DNA of 6,567 nucleotides, taken from IMG/VR virus record IMGVR_UViG_2645727604_000023; one strand, 5' to 3'. Shown piece by piece: positions 6,441 through 6,567 of the stretch. This stretch comes from a virus. Lineage: Duplodnaviria; Heunggongvirae; Uroviricota; Caudoviricetes. The notes under the pieces were generated by a model that did no database searches, had not been told where the DNA came from, and saw only the letters and a program-made list of their open reading frames with translations. How positions within the stretch are numbered: position 1 is the stretch's first letter; the number at the start of each line of letters is the position of its first letter. The position numbers were made by a program, and so were the translations under genes.

Positions 6441-6567
6441 GCGTTATCGCACTCCACAGATCATCAAAAGAAATCATTACCGGTCCGTCACGACGCCAGA
6501 GAGTGATACTGTTACCCAGTTCATTAATCCCGGTGCGGCGGATATCCAGATCAATACGGGACACCAC
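6427..6567 (-). CDS. Partial CDS, C-terminal 46 codons of a gp46/GPW-like baseplate protein; 5' end lies beyond the window
   Basis: Hand translation of the minus strand from 6567 gives an open frame [46 protein letters not shown] with the stop at 6427-6429. It overlaps the start of the J-like gene by 14 nt. The function is inferred only from its position in the Mu-like order. Confidence 0.45.
   Translation of the reverse strand: MVSRIDLDIRRTGINELGNSITLWRRDGPVMISFDDLWSAITHGGQ

Larger units (their letters stand above)
832..6567. mobile_element. Right arm of an e14-like defective prophage (Mu-like baseplate/tail-fibre module, Pin inversion system, mcrA)
   Basis: Gene order gp46-like, gp47/J-like, gp48-like, tail fibre, tail-fibre assembly, inverted tfa'/stf' cassette, invertase, mcrA, icd fragment. 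This parallels the Mu 46-47-48-S-U-U'-S'-gin layout and the known e14 right end. The element continues past the window edge. Confidence 0.75.

Noticed and set aside
4379-6457. Cluster of small overlapping ORFs on both strands (4379-4687, 4612-5010, 4986-5180, 5457-5708, 5750-5962, 5778-5984, 5878-6090, 6260-6457)
   Set aside because: All lie inside the longer fibre, gp48-like and J-like genes in alternative frames. GC-rich DNA yields long spurious open frames.
1-6567. CRISPR arrays, tRNA or rRNA genes, IS elements
   Set aside because: No regularly spaced direct repeats, no tRNA-like cloverleaf candidates, and no transposase-like ORFs or terminal inverted repeats apart from the invertase crossover sites.

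Overview
The window reads as the right end of an e14-like defective prophage inserted in the isocitrate dehydrogenase gene (icd), plus a little flanking chromosome. All identifications are from reading the sequence and recalled family knowledge; no database search was run. Left to right: a 134-aa DUF1398-family ORF (1-405, +), a bidirectional hairpin terminator (613-653), a displaced icd 3' fragment (667-831, -) marking the attR junction, then prophage DNA. The prophage part holds mcrA (1065-1898, -), the serine invertase pin (2005-2559, -), and a ~1.9-kb invertible tail-fibre segment bounded by inverted crossover sites at 2614-2639 and 4498-4523. Beyond it lie Mu gp48-like, baseplate J-like and a partial gp46-like gene, all on the minus strand. 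Nothing here looks like an undescribed system; the most notable biology is the Pin-driven tail-fibre switch next to a Type IV restriction gene, both well-known classes.
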